64,000 nt of DNA from Candidatus Latescibacterota bacterium (lineage in GTDB: Bacteria > Krumholzibacteriota > Krumholzibacteriia > LZORAL124-64-63): the NCBI GenBank assembly GCA_030658975.1, contig JAUSBL010000052.1, forward strand, positions 42,954 to 106,953, read 5' to 3'. Numbering within the stretch: the stretch's first letter is position 1; the number at the start of each line of letters is the position of its first letter. Made by a program: the position numbers and the translations under genes. The notes beneath the pieces were generated by a model. The model saw only the letters and a program-made list of their open reading frames with translations, was not told where the DNA came from and searched no databases. This document shows positions 28,436 to 39,049 of this stretch, piece after piece.

Positions 28436-30059
28436 TCAGCGCACCAGGATGCAGCGTTTCCAGACCTTCTCCCGGTCGGACTCCAGGGAGTAGAAATAGG
28501 CACCGCTGGGCAGGCCCTCGAAGTCGAGGGTGACCTGGTGCCCCCCTTTGTCCTGCGATTCGTCGACGTAATTGCGGACCATCCTGCCGCGGGCGTCGTA
28601 CACGCTGAGCGTGACGCGGCCCGGCTGCGCCAGGCTGTAGGCGACGGTCGTGATGCCGTTGCAGGGGTTCGGCGAGTTCTGGCCGAGTACGAGGCCGGAC
28701 GCGGCCGCGTCCCCGGCCGCCACGGTCGTCGCGGCCGTGAAGCCGGCCAGTTCCAGGCCGCGGCAGACGTCGGGGTTGCCGCCGAAGCGCTCCCAGACCG
28801 ACCCGGTGCGGTAGTTCTCGATCATCATGATGATGGGGCCCTGGTCGATGCCCAGGTAGTCCTGCGCCCACCAGAAGCGCGTCAGGTTGAACGCGTCCTT
28901 GAAGCCGTACTCGCCCCACAGGGCCAGGCGGAAGGAGTCCCAGAACTTGTGCAGCGTGGGGATGACGATCTCCGGCGCGAAGGCGATCGAACCGCCCGCC
29001 GCCGTCGGGGAGATCGTGCCGTTGTCGTTCTGGCCCGGGGGCGCGCCGTGGGCCACGTAGCCGTCGGGATCGATCGACGCCGTCAGCCCCCACACGTCCC
29101 CCGCGTAGCCGACCCAGCCGCGCGGGTTGGCGATGCAGTACTCGCGGGCGGCGAGCGTCGCCCGGCGGGAGTTCTCGTGGTAGGTGATGCCCCGGTTGCG
29201 CATGTAGGCGTCCTGGATGTGACGGAAATCGATCCAGCAGTGGCTGTACTGGTGGCCGAAGAGGGGGGGGAAGATCACGTACGTCTGCCCGTACTGGGTT
29301 CCCCACCAGTAGCCGAGCGTCCAATTATACCACGTCCAGGCGGGCACCGGATGGGTCGGCGAGCCGATGGCCAGGATGTAGAGGATCATGGCCTCGTTGT
29401 AGCCGGTCCAGTCGCCGAAGCCGGAAAAGCCCGTTCCGGGCTTCCAGCCCATGCGGATGCCGTTGCCGCCGTTGCGCATGAAATCCCAGTCCACGCGGTA
29501 GTAGATGGAGTCGGAGAGGGCGCGCAGGTGGGTTTCGCGGTCGCCGGGGCCGTCGAAGTACTCCTTGGCGTCGAGGATGCCGGCGATCAGCAGCGCCGTG
29601 TCGATCGACGACAATTCGCAGTCCCAGGTGCGGACGCCCGTATTCAGGTCCAGGAAGTGGTAGAAGAACCCCTTGTAGCCGTTGACGTTGACCGCTTCGG
29701 GGCCCTGGGGCACGCTCCACAGCTTCTCCAGCCCGCGGATGATGCGCTCGCGCGCCACGTCGCGGGCGACCCAGCCGTGATCGACGGCGATGCAGTAGGC
29801 GGAGTAGCCGAAGCCCTGCGCGGCGATGCTGCAGACCGACCAGTCCTGGCTGCCGTCCTTGATCAGGCCGGAGCCGACGCTGGCCTCCTCCCAGAAGTAG
29901 TCGAACGCGGTGTGCTGCAGGGTGTCCAGCAGAGCCTCGGTGGTCAGGGCCCGGGCGCTGGGGACCGGAGCGAACAGGGCCGCGGCGACCAGCGCGACGA
30001 AGAGCGCAACCGACAGGGACCGCCGACGGCCGGGTTCGCGCTGCTGGGTGGTCGACATG
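28436..30059 (-). CDS. Six-hairpin glycoside hydrolase-like protein (GH144/DUF3131-like, putative endo-beta-1,2-glucanase) with T9SS C-terminal sorting domain
   Basis: ORF trimmed to ATG ~30059 (MSTTQQ..., GGAGG SD), signal peptide. GFFYHFLD, FGHQYSHCWIDFRHIQDAYM blocks shared with gene at 54117..55616. C-terminus LGQNSPNPCNGITTVAYSL...LSVYDARGRMV...GAYFYSL is a Por_Secre_tail-type CTD. Confidence 0.7.
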
Positions 30060-30081
30060 TCGGTGCCTCCGGTTTGCGGGA

Positions 30082-31101
30082 CTAGAACCTGATCAGGAAC
30101 GAGAGCCGGTGCGTCGCCTCGAGGTAGTCGTGGCTCGCCCACGCGTAGTCGAACTGGTAGCGGTTCGCGCCGAGATCGCCGCCGACGCCGAAACCGCCGG
30201 TCAGGCCCTGCTCCGAATCCTCCTGGAACAGCGTCTGGTAGCCGAGGCGCAGCGCGAACAGCTCGCGCCAGGCCCACTCGGCGCCCAGGTTCACGCTTTC
30301 GGTGTTGTCGTTCGGGTGCAGGGCGTCGCAGACGAACAGCAGCTGGTTGTCGTCGTCGAGGCAGTACGGGACGCTGACTCCCAGGCGGAACTGGATCGGC
30401 ACCGGGAAGCGGTCGGTGGACTGCTCGCCGGGCAGGGCGCTGTTGTCGCCGTGGATGTCGGGGTCCTCGTCGTACTGGATGGCGAGGTCGCGGCCCGAGT
30501 AGCGGCCCTGCGTGCCGATGTTCGTCAGGCAGAAGCCCAGGCTGATCCCGTCGTCGGTCAGCCGGTAGTGCGTGCCCGCGTTGAAGGTCAGCACGTTGGT
30601 CGACGTGTGCCAGACGCGCTCGTTCACGTAGTTCAGCTGGATGCCGGCGGTGAACCGGCTGGTGACGCGGCGGCCGTAGCCCAGGCCGAGCGCGGCGTTG
30701 CCGACGTTGAACTTCTCGCCCGTGCCGAGGGGCTCGTCGACGGTGCGCACGTCGATGTCGCCGGACTTCAGCGAGGTGATGCTGGCGAACAGGTTGCCGC
30801 CGCCGACCGGCAGCAGCGCCGCCGCGTAGTCGTAGCTGATGTCCGCGAACCAGAAGCTGTGCGTGAACTGGATCTCGGCCGACTCCGGCAGGCCGATGGC
30901 GCCGGTGTTGAAGTAGACCGCTTCGACGCCGCCGGCCAGGCCGACGCCGGCGTTGCCCATGCCGGCGTGGCGGGCCCCGGGCTCGATGCGCAGGAACTGG
31001 CCGATGGTCGTGCCGACCTTCGACTGGGCCATGGCCTGGCCGCTCAGGAGCACCGTCAGCAGTACAAGCGCCGCTCGCTTCATGTCTCTCCTCGCGCTCA
31101 T
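30082..31101 (-). CDS. PorV/PorQ-family T9SS outer-membrane beta-barrel protein
   Basis: Extracted from 1195-aa artefact. ATG 31101 overlaps upstream stop (ATGA). Signal peptide. GARHAGMGNAGVGLAGGVEAVYFNTGAIGL matches the PorV/LptO N-terminal motif. Ends ...SFLIRF (C-terminal Phe). Confidence 0.7.
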   Translation of the reverse strand: MSARRDMKRAALVLLTVLLSGQAMAQSKVGTTIGQFLRIEPGARHAGMGNAGVGLAGGVEAVYFNTGAIGLPESAEIQFTHSFWFADISYDYAAALLPVGGGNLFASITSLKSGDIDVRTVDEPLGTGEKFNVGNAALGLGYGRRVTSRFTAGIQLNYVNERVWHTSTNVLTFNAGTHYRLTDDGISLGFCLTNIGTQGRYSGRDLAIQYDEDPDIHGDNSALPGEQSTDRFPVPIQFRLGVSVPYCLDDDNQLLFVCDALHPNDNTESVNLGAEWAWRELFALRLGYQTLFQEDSEQGLTGGFGVGGDLGANRYQFDYAWASHDYLEATHRLSFLIRF

Positions 31102-34100
31102 TTGATGACCGCGAATTTGCCCGTGTATTCCTGCGCGTCGTCGGTGCGGACGTGGTAGATGTACAGGCCCGGCGCGACGTCGAGGTTGTCCTTGGTCCGC
31201 AGGTTCCACGCCACGTAGCCGTCCAGAGAATCCTCGTTGCGCAGCGTGTCGACCAGCTCGCCGCGGACGTTGTAGATCCGGATCGTGCAGCTGGACGTCA
31301 GGCCGCGGAACTCGAGGCGGCGCTCGCCGCGGCCCGAGACCGCGTAGCGCTCCGGCTCGAAGCTCGCCGAGCCGATGTAGGGGTTCGGCACGACGTACGG
31401 CGCGAAGCCGACGCGCGCGGCCGCCTCGTCGATGCGCGAGCCCGTCGTCGTGAAGACGAAGACGTCGTCGGCCGCGAAGGGGCGGTTCAGGCGCAGCGTG
31501 TATTCGTCGCCGGCGCCCGGGGGGGACGCGGGGGCCGGCGTGTCGGCCGCGTTCAGCTGGAAGCGCCAGGTCACGACCGGCGTGGTCGGCTGTTCGGGCA
31601 GGTACGTCACCACGTCGATGATGTCGTTGACGTGGCTCAGGGTGCCGTCGCCGTCGATGTCGCGGAAGCGGAAGTCGAGCGGGATCTCGCCGTCGCGCGC
31701 CAGCGCCGCGACCGTGAACTTCGCGGGGCGCGCCGGCCAGAACGGCATGGCGATGGAGTTGCCCTCGGCCACGTCGCTGAAGCGGATCACGATGTCGTCC
31801 GGGAAGCCCGGCCGCAGGCGGTTGATCGGCAGCACGATCTGGTAGAGGACGGCCAGTTCGGCGTCGGTGTCGCCCGTCGCGGAGAATCCCGAAGCGGCCT
31901 CGTCCACGCTGACGGCCCGGGCCGAACTGATCAGGGGCATCATGCCGGCGCCGACCTGGCCGACGCCCAGGGCGTCGAAGTCCGAGCCGCTGGTGAACAG
32001 GATCTCGCCGGTGGTGCTGTCGACCAGGGCGTAGGACGTGGCGCGCAGGCTGTCCGCCGACGGGGTCGCGAAGCGGATCTTGAACAGGTGCCCGTCGGGG
32101 ACGATGTCCGAGTTCAGGATCGCGACGGAGATGGAGCCGAAGCCGCGCCCGGCCACCTGAGTGGCCGTGTCCGCTGTCGCGGGCACGTACCCCAGTGCGC
32201 GTGGATTGGGCCGCACGTCCACCACGTTGGGCGGCAACACGAGCCCTCCCCGCGGGGTCCGCGAGGGAGCGATGGCGTTCTCGGAAGGGTAGAATTCGAA
32301 CGCCTCGGAACCGTAGTCGTAGGCCGTGACCGCGTAATAGTAGCGCTGCCCGTTGGTCACGCTGTAGTCGGTCCAGGTGTGGGTGAGGCCGCTGTCGGTG
32401 CCGAGGTAGTAGGCCACGCCGTCCACGATCTGGGTCGAGAAGCCGCTGCGGCCGTTGTCGAGGTCGAACTGGGCGATGGGCCGGCCGTTGCCGAGGGGAC
32501 CGCTGCCGGTGCCCGTGGTGATCACCTGGGGATCGACGAAGTCCGGATCGGTGGAGCGGTAGATGCGGTAGCCCTCGAAGTCGAACTCGCCCGTCACGGG
32601 GTCGGCGCTGTTTTCGGCGACGTCGTTCCAGGCCAGGCGCACGAAGCCGTCGCCGGCCTCCGCCGTCAGGGTCGGCAGCGGCGGCGGCACGGCGAAGCGG
32701 TAGTTGGCGTCGTAGATGCGCTGCACGGTGCGGACGCCGCGGCGCAGCTCCTCCAGGTCGGCGCCGTAGGCCAGGGCCAGGCTGAAGCGCTCGGTCTGGC
32801 CGGCGCGCAGCTTGAAGGGACCCGACGCGAAGAAGAAGCCGATGTTGTAGTTGGAGGCCAGCGGCTCGCCGAAGCGCACCTCCGGGTCGGGATCGGTGAA
32901 CTGCTCGTACAGGCGCCGCGGCCAGTCGTCGCTGTTGGTGAAGAAGACGATGCCGTCGGTCGTCTGGTCGGGGTTGCCCTGCCCGGCGCGGATGCGGTTG
33001 ATCCGGAAACCGGTCAGGCCGATCTGGTCGGACTCGTTGAGGTCGGTGCCGTCGAAGTTGGGCTCGCCCTCGGTCGGGATGCCGTCGCGCTCGCCCTCGT
33101 CGCCGGTGTCGTCGAGGCCGTCGGCGCCGATGTCGTGGTTGGCGGCGACCCAGTCCAGGTCCTCGTCGCCGGTCCACCACAGGCCCTCGACGTAGGCGGG
33201 CATCTCCGCGAGCGGACCGTAGGTGATCTCGAAGCGGGCCAGGTCGTAGTTCGCCGCGACGTGGGCGGCGATGGCGTCCTGGCCGACGATCAGCGCGCCG
33301 GGGCCGCCGTCGCGCCGCTCGTCGACGAAGCCGTCCTCGTCGTTGTCGATGAGGTCCAGGGCGTTGCCCGGCGTCTCCATGAAGGCGTAGCCCAGGTAGC
33401 CGGTGCGGGCGCAGGCGCTGCTGAGGTCGCGGCCGTGGCCGTAGCGGTCCCAGGTGTAGACCAGGTTCAGGATCTGGTCGTCGAAGGTGCGGTCGAAGTA
33501 GGCGTTGTCGTCGTCGGACTCGTAGATGCCGTCGCAGGACAGGGCCGAGCCGCCCACGCCGGAGTCCATGTAGAGGCCGAACACGACGTTGTCGTCGTAG
33601 TCGGTGGTGCCCTCGTTCGTGATGTCGTAGTGCCAGAAGATCACGTTGCGGGCCTGCGGGTTGGCCCACTGGAAGCCGCGGACCTCGAGGCGCAGGCCCA
33701 GGCCGTTGCGCGTGGAGTCGCGGGAGTCGGGGAAGAAGTACCAGGCGTCGTAGTAGTCGTCGTCCAGGACCACGTAGCTCTCCTGGTCGGCGACGATCTG
33801 CTTGCCGAAGTAGCCGTTCCAGGCGCCGGGCCAGCCCGGGTCGGCGGGGTCGTCGAGCCGGTCGGGCCAGGAGGGGGGCCAGGTCCGCGGGTCGTTGCTG
33901 ATGGCCGGCGAGAGCCCGGAGTTGAGCGCGGGGTCCGCCTGCAGGTAGCCCGGGCGCGGTTCGAAACGCATCATGCGGTTGGTGTAGGGGCTGATGCCCT
34001 GCCGCTCGCGGAAGCCGGTCTCCATGATGTACGACTCGACGCCGTTGCCCTGCACGATCTTCGTCAGCACGAACGGCGTGATGCCGTCGCTGTAGTTCAT

Positions 34101-34388
34101 GCCGCTGCCCTTGGGCACCTCGACCGAGTGGAAGACGCTCAGGTCCACGTTGGACGGGTTCGGGGGGTAGTCGCCCACCATGCCGTAGTTCCAGAAGATG
34201 GTGCGGATGTTGTTGGCGTCGTGCTGGCCCGAGCGCTCCAGCGTGTGCCGGCCCCGCTGCTCGGGCGGCACGGGCGTGGGCACGTCGGCGGACGCCGTCA
34301 GGGCGAGCGCCACGGTCATCAGCGCTGTCAGGGCAGCCAGGGCCGCGTTCTCTGGTCTGTACATCCTGCGGGGCCTCCGTTCGCGCAT
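31098..34388 (-). CDS. Large T9SS cargo protein (~1096 aa) with Asp-rich Ca-binding (TSP3-like) repeats, Fn3-like region and C-terminal T9SS sorting domain
   Basis: Extracted from 1654-aa artefact. Start ATG 34388 (ATGA overlap with TBDR stop) or ATG 34364 (GGAGG SD). Repeats DNDEDGFVDE, DGLDDTGDEGERDGIPTEGEPNFDGTDLNESD. CTD ...VVPNPYIGSA...IRIYNVRGELV...GLYIYHV...GKFAVIK. Confidence 0.7.
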   Translation of the reverse strand: MRERRPRRMYRPENAALAALTALMTVALALTASADVPTPVPPEQRGRHTLERSGQHDANNIRTIFWNYGMVGDYPPNPSNVDLSVFHSVEVPKGSGMNYSDGITPFVLTKIVQGNGVESYIMETGFRERQGISPYTNRMMRFEPRPGYLQADPALNSGLSPAISNDPRTWPPSWPDRLDDPADPGWPGAWNGYFGKQIVADQESYVVLDDDYYDAWYFFPDSRDSTRNGLGLRLEVRGFQWANPQARNVIFWHYDITNEGTTDYDDNVVFGLYMDSGVGGSALSCDGIYESDDDNAYFDRTFDDQILNLVYTWDRYGHGRDLSSACARTGYLGYAFMETPGNALDLIDNDEDGFVDERRDGGPGALIVGQDAIAAHVAANYDLARFEITYGPLAEMPAYVEGLWWTGDEDLDWVAANHDIGADGLDDTGDEGERDGIPTEGEPNFDGTDLNESDQIGLTGFRINRIRAGQGNPDQTTDGIVFFTNSDDWPRRLYEQFTDPDPEVRFGEPLASNYNIGFFFASGPFKLRAGQTERFSLALAYGADLEELRRGVRTVQRIYDANYRFAVPPPLPTLTAEAGDGFVRLAWNDVAENSADPVTGEFDFEGYRIYRSTDPDFVDPQVITTGTGSGPLGNGRPIAQFDLDNGRSGFSTQIVDGVAYYLGTDSGLTHTWTDYSVTNGQRYYYAVTAYDYGSEAFEFYPSENAIAPSRTPRGGLVLPPNVVDVRPNPRALGYVPATADTATQVAGRGFGSISVAILNSDIVPDGHLFKIRFATPSADSLRATSYALVDSTTGEILFTSGSDFDALGVGQVGAGMMPLISSARAVSVDEAASGFSATGDTDAELAVLYQIVLPINRLRPGFPDDIVIRFSDVAEGNSIAMPFWPARPAKFTVAALARDGEIPLDFRFRDIDGDGTLSHVNDIIDVVTYLPEQPTTPVVTWRFQLNAADTPAPASPPGAGDEYTLRLNRPFAADDVFVFTTTGSRIDEAAARVGFAPYVVPNPYIGSASFEPERYAVSGRGERRLEFRGLTSSCTIRIYNVRGELVDTLRNEDSLDGYVAWNLRTKDNLDVAPGLYIYHVRTDDAQEYTGKFAVIK

Positions 34389-37054
34389 CACAGCAGACCT
34401 CCGGTGATCCTGACGCCGATCTCGATGCGCCGCGGCGGGTAGAACCGCGTCGGATCCGCGAGGATGGCGCGGTCCAGGTCGGAGAAACGCGAGTAGTAGG
34501 GGCTGCCGGTGTCGGCGAAGATCGAACCGTTGAAGTACCGGCTGTCGAACGCGTTGAAGACGCGCAGGAAGGCGCTGGCCCCGGCGCCGAGGCGCCTCTC
34601 CGCGCGCAGGTCCACGAGCATGCCGGCCGGCTTGGTGGCGGAATTGGTGTCCAGGCCGCTGCCGTGTCCGCGCTCGATGACCGGCGTGTAGGGCTGGCCG
34701 CTGACCAGGCGCACGACGGCGCTCACGTCGAGATCCTCGGCCGCGGCCACCGCGGCCGTCAGGTTCAGCGTGTGGCGCTGGTCCCAGTTGAAGGGCACCA
34801 GCCGGGGGTTGGCGTCCTCGCCGTTGGTCGCCCGCGTGAAGGTCTCGTAGGGGTCGCTGGAGTTGCCCATCGCCCGCTGCCAGGTGTAGTCGAGCGAGAC
34901 GCTGGCCGGACCGAGGCGGCGGTGGTCGAGGCTGACGGTCACGCCGAAGACGTTGCCGAAGTCGACGTTGGTCAGCCGGGCGTAGGGCACGCCCATGTAG
35001 GTGTCGACGAACTCCACGCCCAGCAGGTCGCGGACGTCCTTGTAGAAGGTCGTCACCGTGAAGCCGAAGTCCTGGTTGACCGCGTGCTTGTAGCCGATCT
35101 CGTACTGGACGGTCGTTTCGGGCCGCACGTCGGGGTTGCCCAGCACGCCGATGCGCGACTCGTCGCCAGCCTGCAGGTTGGCCACGACGTCGTAGTTCGC
35201 GTTGTTGAACATGGTGCCGATGGCCGGGAACTGCCGGAAGTGGCCGTACGCGAAGTGGATGGCCGCGTAGTCCTCGATGGGGTAGGCGACGCCGATGCGC
35301 GGGGAGACGGACATCTTGACGGTCGTGTCCTGCGGGTGCGAGAGCGGGGCCCCCTCGATCGCGTTCGCCGGGTTGGCGAGGTCGCTGGGGATGGTCGAGT
35401 TCGCGTCGAAGTACTCCAGGCGCAGACCCACGCGCACCTTGATGTCGGGGTACTCGGCCTGGTCCTGCAGGAAGATGGCCCCCATGCGCGGGTGGTAGGT
35501 CTGCACGGGCAGGAAGGTCGGCGGCCGGTTGAGGTAGCGGGTCAGCTGCTCGACGACCTCGCCGTCGACGCTCTCGCTGGTGAAGACCAGGTGGCCGGGC
35601 GTGCCGTACTGGACCTTCGGCGCGCTGACCTCGAAGCCCGTCTTGAGCTGGTGCTCCTGCGAGACCTGGCTGACCAGCGCGCTCTTGATCACCCAGTCGT
35701 CGGTCTTCTGGTAGAAGCGCGTGAAGTCGTAGCCCTCCACCACGGCGCCGTACTCGTAGTTGACGGTGCCCTCGGCGCCGCCGCCCGCGTCGTAGCGCGG
35801 GTCGTAGACGTCGGCGAAGGCGAAGTCCTCGTACTCGACGAAGTTCTCGCGGATGCTCAGGTCGAGGTACGTGGCGTCGCCGAAGGTGCGGGTCAGATCC
35901 AGGCCGTGGGTGATGGAGAAGCGGTCCTGCTTCGAGAGCCCGTCGGGATTGAAGCGGTAGGCCCAGCTGGTGCGGCGGCTCTCGTTCCAGCCGACCAGGG
36001 CCTGGTAGTTGAGCTTCAGGCCCGCGAAGGCGGTGTTGGTCAGCTTGACGACGCCGCTCCACTCCCGGTTGTAGCCCAGCGGGACCGACTCGTTGTCGCC
36101 GGAGGGGTTGAACTCCATCCGCGCGAAGTCGTTGTCGTCGGTGGGCAGGAAGCGCCGCGTGGCGTAGATGTAGTCGTTGAAGATCGAGCGGCGGGCGCTG
36201 GCCAGGAACACCGTGTCGCGCAGCGGTGTCGGCCCGCTGGCCGACGCCTGGAAGTTCAGGATGCCCGTGGGATGGATCGTCTCGTCGGCGCGGCGGTCGG
36301 CGCCGCGGCCGGGGAAGACGAAGCCGCCGGTGGAGGCCTCGCCGCTCCAGGCGAACTCCGAGGTCCCCTGCTTCAGCACGGCGTTCACGACGCCGCTCAT
36401 GGCCTGGCCGTACTCGGCGTCGAAAGTGCCGCTGATGACCTGCACTTCCTGCAGGAGCGAGCGGTCGACCGAGACGATGGACTTGTTGTCGAAGGCGTTG
36501 TTCACGCTGACGCCGTCGACCTGGTACTGGACCTCGCCCGTGCGCCCGCCGCGGAAGTGCCCGTCGACGACGCCCGCCTGCAGGTTCACGACGTCGTTCA
36601 GCTCCTGCACCGGCAGGGCCTCGATGTCCTCGCTGGTCAGCGTGGTCTGGGAGCTCGTCATGGCGAGCTCCACCGGCGGCCGCTCGGCGGTGATCACGAC
36701 TTCGGCCGCGCGGAGCGTCGTCTCGCCGAGCTTGACGTCCTGGCGGGTCGTGTTGTCCGAGGACACGGTCACGTTGCGGATCGTCAGCGGGTCGAAGCCG
36801 AGGCGCGTGATCTTCAGGTCGTAGGCGCCCGGCGCCACGTTGAGGATGCTGTACTGCCCCTCGGCGTCCGTGTAGGCGCCGAGGCGCGTGCCGACCACCA
36901 CGACGGTGGCGGCCGCCACGGGCTTGCCGTCGGCGTCGAGGATGCGGCCGGCGATGCGGCCGGTGGTGCCGCCCCGCACCTGCGTGGCCGCGGCGAGCAG
37001 CAGCAGGATCGCGAGCGTCAGAAGGATCGGTTTCGCCCCGGCGGTACGGCTCAC
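34388..37054 (-). CDS. TonB-dependent receptor with N-terminal carboxypeptidase-regulatory-like domain
   Basis: 888 aa. Signal peptide, GRIAGRILDADGKPVAAATVVVVG...YSILNVAPGAYDLKITRLGF (CarbopepD_reg), then plug (TonB-box region, EALPVQELNDVVNLQAGV) and long beta-barrel region. Confidence 0.8.
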   Translation of the reverse strand: MSRTAGAKPILLTLAILLLLAAATQVRGGTTGRIAGRILDADGKPVAAATVVVVGTRLGAYTDAEGQYSILNVAPGAYDLKITRLGFDPLTIRNVTVSSDNTTRQDVKLGETTLRAAEVVITAERPPVELAMTSSQTTLTSEDIEALPVQELNDVVNLQAGVVDGHFRGGRTGEVQYQVDGVSVNNAFDNKSIVSVDRSLLQEVQVISGTFDAEYGQAMSGVVNAVLKQGTSEFAWSGEASTGGFVFPGRGADRRADETIHPTGILNFQASASGPTPLRDTVFLASARRSIFNDYIYATRRFLPTDDNDFARMEFNPSGDNESVPLGYNREWSGVVKLTNTAFAGLKLNYQALVGWNESRRTSWAYRFNPDGLSKQDRFSITHGLDLTRTFGDATYLDLSIRENFVEYEDFAFADVYDPRYDAGGGAEGTVNYEYGAVVEGYDFTRFYQKTDDWVIKSALVSQVSQEHQLKTGFEVSAPKVQYGTPGHLVFTSESVDGEVVEQLTRYLNRPPTFLPVQTYHPRMGAIFLQDQAEYPDIKVRVGLRLEYFDANSTIPSDLANPANAIEGAPLSHPQDTTVKMSVSPRIGVAYPIEDYAAIHFAYGHFRQFPAIGTMFNNANYDVVANLQAGDESRIGVLGNPDVRPETTVQYEIGYKHAVNQDFGFTVTTFYKDVRDLLGVEFVDTYMGVPYARLTNVDFGNVFGVTVSLDHRRLGPASVSLDYTWQRAMGNSSDPYETFTRATNGEDANPRLVPFNWDQRHTLNLTAAVAAAEDLDVSAVVRLVSGQPYTPVIERGHGSGLDTNSATKPAGMLVDLRAERRLGAGASAFLRVFNAFDSRYFNGSIFADTGSPYYSRFSDLDRAILADPTRFYPPRRIEIGVRITGGLL

Positions 37055-37118
37055 GTCAGGTCATCCTCCGTGGTTGCGCGGCGGCGGCGCCGATGTCGGT
37101 CGGCGCCGCCGCTCGGGG

Positions 37119-39004
37119 TCACTTCAGGTAGAGCGTCTTGCCGCGCAGGGTCTCGCGCTCCGCGCCGGTCTCCGGATCCACCATCTGCAGGCGGTACAGG
37201 TACACGCCCGCGGCATGGTCGCCGCCCTCGAACAGCGGGACCGCGTGTTCGCCGCCGCCCTGGACGCCGAGCCGGCGGCGCTCGATCGACCGGCCCATGA
37301 CGTCGTAGACCTCGAACGTCACCTGGCTGCTCTGCGGCATGGAGTACATGATCACCGGACGGGACGTGGCGTTCATCGCCTGCCGCGCCGAGGCGTAGCC
37401 CCCGTCCTGCCCGCCGTCGTTCACGCCCGTCGTGCCCCCGGCGAGGTGCGCCCAGGCGGCGCAGCAGGTGCCCTCGTACTCGCGGTACCACCAGGTGCGC
37501 GTGCCGTAGCTGTCGGTGGCGGGGAGGAACGAGTCGCCGTCGAGCACGGTGAGGCCCGGGAAGAACGCGCGGTCGCCCAGACCGCTGGGGTAGCCCAGGG
37601 CCGTGAGGTCGATCGCGAGCTCGGCCGTGTAGCCGGTGTCGGGCTCGAGGCCGAGCGTGTCGACCGTCGTGCCGGCCATCAGGGACACGGCGACCTGGGC
37701 GGTCGTCTCGGCCACCATGCTGGCCAGGTAGTCCTGAGGCACCGCGGCGCCATTGGCGCCGACCTGGAACGCCAGGCGCCGCCCGATGAGGTTGTTGTCG
37801 CCGCCGCGGTTGTCGCGGTCGTTGATCGTGAGCAGCAGGCCGTCCCAGCGGTTGAACTCGGGGTGGTACTGGACCACCATGTCGCGGGCTTCGAGGCCCA
37901 CGTAGAGCATGTCGCCCTTGACGTACATCTTGACCGTGGCGTCGGCGGGATCCAGCACGAAGGCCGTGCCGCCGTTCACCGGCGGCTGGTACTCGCCGGC
38001 GCGGGCGGACGCGACGCCGGGATAGCTCTCGCGCAGCGCGTCGTCGCCGTGGCGGATGTCGACCGAGAAGATGCCGGCATCGCTCCAGGCGGCCTCGTTC
38101 AGGACGCCGTCGATCGTCGGGGTGGCGTTGATCTCGCTGATGACGAACTCGGGCTCGATGACCGGCACGGGGCCCGACGCGGTCGTCACGTCGGGGCTCG
38201 CGTGGATGCGGACCTCGTTGTACCACGCGGTGTTGCCCCAGGGGCCCTGCCACCAGACGCGGGCGGCGCTGAAGCGCAGCGGGTCGATCGGCCAGAACCA
38301 GTCGCAGTCGTAGACCGAGACGTTCCACTCCACGATGTCGCCGCCGGGCTGCGTCACGTCGTAGCCCATGACGGCCAGGTCGAAGCGCATCTCGACGGTG
38401 TAGCCCGTGTCGTCGACCGTGTCGCTGTTCTTGATCCCGTGGACGACGGTGACGGCGTCCCAGGCCGCGATCTGCTCCGGCGTGCGGGGCACGGCGGGAT
38501 CGAAGCTGCCCCAGCGGCCGTAGAACCTCGGCTGCTGCGTGGACGGCTGCGGGTCGGGGGCGCCGCCGAGGTTCCAGAAGGCGTACACGTATTCGGCGAC
38601 GGGTTTGTAGGTGCCCAGGACGGCGTGGTCCTTGAGGCCCATGATGAAGCCGTCGAAACGGTTGAACTCCACCGAGCCGCCCACGGACTTGTCCTGCACC
38701 TCGAAGCCGACGTAGAGCTGGTTGCCGTTGACCAGGAACTTCATGTTCGCGACGGTGACGTCGACGGGCGGCCAGCCGGCCTCCATCTTCCAGCCGCTGC
38801 CGGGGACGCCGGCGTCGAGGCCGAACTCGATCGTCTTGGACTCGGCGGCGGCCCAGGCGGCCTCGTTCAGCACGCCGTCGAGCGTGATCGGAGCGGACGT
38901 GGTCCGGGCCCAGATGACGTCCTCGCGGACGGCCTGCGCCTGGACGGCGGCGGCGGACAGGCACGCCGCGGCCACCAGCAACAACATGGTCATGCGTTTC
39001 ACGG
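37119..39004 (-). CDS. CBM9-like carbohydrate-binding protein with T9SS C-terminal sorting domain
   Basis: GTG 39004 (GGAGG 8 nt upstream) giving MKRMTMLLLVAAACLSAAAVQAQA signal. Two ITLDGVLNEAAW / PTIDGVLNEAAW modules typical of CBM9/DOMON-like binding domains. CTD ...VTFEVYDVMGRSI...GVYLYRLQMVD...TLYLK. Confidence 0.7.
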
Positions 39005-39049
39005 TAGGTACCTCCAGGGTGTCGGCGACGTTGGCGTGACGATTGGGGA

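Noticed and set aside
30082-36062. 1195-aa and 1654-aa minus-strand ORFs
   Set aside because: Same artefact. Real genes are the PorV-like barrel (30082..31101) and the T9SS cargo protein (31098..34388), each with signal peptide immediately after the proposed start.
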